A stretch of DNA of 64,000 nt from Lingula anatina (lineage: Eukaryota; Animalia; Brachiopoda), in the NCBI GenBank assembly GCA_051362555.1, contig CM120642.1:17422001-17486000 (forward strand). Direction: 5' to 3'. Below the pieces are notes generated by a model. The model was not told the origin of the DNA. It made no database searches and worked only from the letters and a program-made list of their open reading frames with translations. Position numbers and translations under genes: made by a program. Every line of letters begins with the position of its first letter. Within the stretch, counting starts at the first letter, position 1. Below are positions 60,511-64,000 of this stretch, one piece after another.

Positions 60511-61903
60511 TTCGGCCAAAAAGGTGCCTATATTCAAAGTACGTTTTCTTTCATTTCATTCACTTTTATTTGTACACAAAAGCGCCATGGATTTTGCTAA
60601 ATCTCTGTGTATAATATCACATAATGATCACGCGTTTGTTATTATGGAGATGGTGAAACGTGTGTGAATGAGCCACATGTTTACACTAATTAAGTTACGA
60701 TATTCATTGCAAGTAAAAATTGATCATCTATTTTGACAACTAGTCATCATGACTTATAGGCTCTATATCCTTTCTGTAAGTAGCCGAACGGTTTATTAAC
60801 CTCAGAGATTCTCTTAAGGGACTGAATTTTTACTGTTCTCAGCCAACCAAACAATATCCGGTTGTGTTACACCTTGCAAAAACACTGACGGTAAAAAATT
60901 CATATACATTAGATCAAAAAAGTACCTGAAATGCTTGTGGCATCTTAACCCATAACATTTCTCTTAACTTGCTAGGCGTGCTTAAGGGCCATCTTACCTG
61001 TTTACTAACACGCCCTGTTAAAGGTGCTTAGGTTATGTGTATCATAGCTTATCTCTGTCTGGGTTCTGTGTGATATCATAATGTTAACTTATTCAGGTGA
61101 CAACGACGAGGGCAGAGTTGGTATTGACATTTCAGAAGTGTATGAGTCTACTAAATTAGTTATCATCCTCGGCTCTGAGTTGATGGGAATCAAAAGCATG
61201 TTGGGCAAAGGGTGGGCATACTCGGTGGGCATACTAATTTTATGTAGTTTCCGGTCTATCTTAGTCCAGATAGCTATTTGAATGTATTATATTTTATGAA
61301 ACGTATACTGGAAGTGACCGACCAACATTGACCACACTTATTATAATTTTAGCAAAATACTTTATCCATTAAAAAAAAAAAAGAAAAAAAAAAAAAAAAA
61401 AAAAACAGGTAACGATGAAAGATGGCGAAGTTTGAGAATTTAAAATATCCGTCAGTATCGCAGATGGATTGGATTAAATTATAGAGGGCTTGTCCATATA
61501 CCACAATTGTTTAGTCTTCGCGCCATCTCCCGCGGTATGTGTTTGCTTTGTAGGCAGAGTTCACATATTTCCAGATAAGAGAATTGAACGAAATTAAATA
61601 TTAATTTTCTCACATTGGCGCATATAATTTCTTATTCCTTTAACAGTTTTGTAGTTTTAGCTTCACCAGGCAGCTCGTCCTATCGTTTTTTTTAAACGTT
61701 GGCAGGATAATTTTAGAGGGACAAGACATATGGAATAATTGGTTGTAGACTAAAGACGCTCATGAAATCCACACGAAACACCCGTCGAATTCGATCGTAT
61801 TTTATTCTTGCAATTAGAGCGGGATCGATTTTGGTTGTTGTCGCTTTAGCGATTTTTCTGATATTTCATATACGTTTACTTTCTATCGGCCATTCACATT
61901 CAG

Positions 61904-64000
61904 ACGCAGACAGCACGAGGAGGTTCCCGTGCCAAGACAATGGGGCGTGCAGAGACACTGCAAAAGGATATTCAGGCACTTGCCATCCGGGATTCACGGG
62001 AAAAGACTGCGAAACCAACATAAGCGACTGTCAATCCGCACCTTGTAAAAATGGCGCCAAGTGCACCGACAGCTTGAATGGTTTCTCGTGCGACTGTGTG
62101 TCTGGGTTCACAGGAGAAACGTGTGATGTAAAAATCAATGACTGTCTTTCCTCATCTTGTAAAAGTGGTGGGACGTGTAAGGACGGTATAAATAATGGGT
62201 ATACATGTATCTGTCCAGTAGGATTCACCGGGGCTAACTGTGAAACCAATATAGACGATTGTACCTCGAAACCTTGTCAGAATGGAGCAAATTGCACAGA
62301 CAATATTAACAGCTATACGTGTTCATGTCTGGTGGGATTTACCGGTAAACATTGTGAAACCAACATTGACGATTGTGCCTCTAAACCTTGTCAGAATGGA
62401 GCAAATTGCACAGACAATATTAACAGCTATACGTGTTCATGTCTGGCGGGATTTACCGGTAAAAATTGTGAAACCAACATTGACGATTGTGCCTCTAAAC
62501 CTTGTCAGAATGGAGCAAATTGCACAGACAATATTAACGGTTATAGGTGTACCTGTCTTGCGGGATATACCGGTAAAAACTGTGAAACCAACATGGACGA
62601 TTGTGCCTCTAAACCTTGTCAGAATGGAGCAAATTGTACAGACAATATTACCGGATATATGTGTTCGTGTGTTGCAGGATTTACCGGTAAAAACTGTGAA
62701 ACCAACACAGACGATTGTGCCTCTAAACCATGTCAGAATGGAGCAAATTGTACAGACAATATTAACGGTTATAGTTGCTCCTGTCCTGCGGGATATACCG
62801 GTAAAAACTGTGAAACCAACATTGACGATTGTGCCTCTAAACCTTGTCAGAATGGAGCAAATTGCACAGGAAATATTAACGGACTTACGTGTTCGTGTGT
62901 TGCAGGATTTACCGGTAAGAACTGTGAAACCAACATAGACGATTGTGCCTCTAAAACTTGTCAGAATGGAGCAAATTGCACAGACAATATAAACGGCTAT
63001 ACGTGTTCGTGTGTTGCGGGATTTACCGGTAAAAACTGTGAAACCAACATGGACGATTGTGCCTCTAAACCTTGTCAGAATGGAGCAAATTGCACAGACA
63101 ATATTAACAGCTATACGTGTTCATGTCTGGCGGGATTTACCGGTAAAAACTGTGAAACCAACATTGACGATTGTGCCTCTAAACCTTGTCAGAATGGAGC
63201 AAATTGCACAGATGATATTAACGGTTATAGGTGTACCTGTCTTGCGGGATATACCGGTAAAAACTGTGAAACCAACATGGACGATTGTGCCTCTAAACCT
63301 TGTCAGCATGGAGCAAATTGTACAGACAATATTACCGGATATACGTGTTCGTGTGTTGCAGGATTTACCGGTAAAAACTGTGAAACCAACACAGACGATT
63401 GTGCCTCTAAACCATGTCTGAATGGAGCAAATTGTACAGACAATATTAACGGTTATAGTTGCTCCTGTCCTGCGGGATATACCGGTAAAAACTGTGAAAC
63501 CAACATTGACGATTGTGCCTCTAAACCTTGTCAGAATGGAGCAAATTGCACAGGAAATATTAACGGACTTACGTGTTCGTGTGTTGCAGGATTTACCGGT
63601 AAGAACTGTGAAACCAACATAGACGATTGTCCCTCTATAACTTGTCAGAATGGAGCAAATTGCACAGACAATATAAACGGCTATACGTGTTCGTGTGTTG
63701 CGGGATTTACCGGTAAAAACTGTGAAACCAACGTGGACGATTGTGCCTCTAAACCTTGTCAGAATGGAGCAAATTGCACAGACAACATTAACGGCTACAC
63801 ATGTTCTTGTGTTGCGGGATTTACCGGCAAAAACTGTGAAACCAACACAGACGATTGTGCCTCTAAACCTTGTCAGAATGGAGCAAATTGCACAGACAAT
63901 ATTAACGGTTATACGTGTTCGTGTGTTGAGGGATTTACCGGTAAAAACTGTGAAACCAACATGGACGATTGTGCCTCTAAAACATGTCAGAATGGAGCAA
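61904..64000 (+). CDS. Giant EGF-repeat exon (at least 18 EGFs), open to the window end
   Basis: Acceptor cacattcag| in phase 1; frame has no stop (absent from the ORF track); repeat [38 protein letters not shown]. Confidence 0.88.
62245..64000 (+). repeat. 114-bp EGF-coding tandem array with a 684-bp (6-unit) higher-order duplication
   Basis: Unit variants 2-7 (62359-63042) recur in order as units 8-13 (63043-63726). Confidence 0.88.

Noticed and set aside
62282-63622. ORFs MEQIAQTILT... in the ORF track
   Set aside because: Off-frame readings of the EGF array; the true frame is the Cys-rich one, open past the window end

Overview
AT-rich eukaryotic genomic DNA, probably from a lophotrochozoan invertebrate such as a mollusc (inferred from the VWC-like module and repeat types). 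It has spliced genes and many DNA transposons; no prokaryotic features, CRISPR, rRNA or tRNA were seen. The left end holds the first two coding exons of a protein kinase (minus strand), head-to-head with a multi-exon gene encoding an S/T-P repeat region, a SOX/TCF-like HMG box and a CW zinc finger. The rest is a cluster of paralogous modular genes for secreted proteins: signal peptide, atypical C-type lectin domain (CTLD), a variable number of EGF repeats in one giant exon, a Thr/Pro linker and a VWC-like domain. Gene A (minus, 22609-27965) is complete, with 8 coding exons and 18 EGFs. Gene B (plus, from 42973) is its inverted paralog, with 13 EGFs; it has no VWC exons in view and is followed by further EGF exons to the window end. 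Gene C (minus, 8618-19556) has no EGF exon, a 4-nt frameshift, and an intron inflated by a Kolobok-like element with a nested Academ-like element. A near-identical 6.5-kb tandem duplication (30799-43813) copies the promoter and first two exons of B. Gene models were assembled by eye from GT-AG sites and exon phase; transposon family assignments are inferences.
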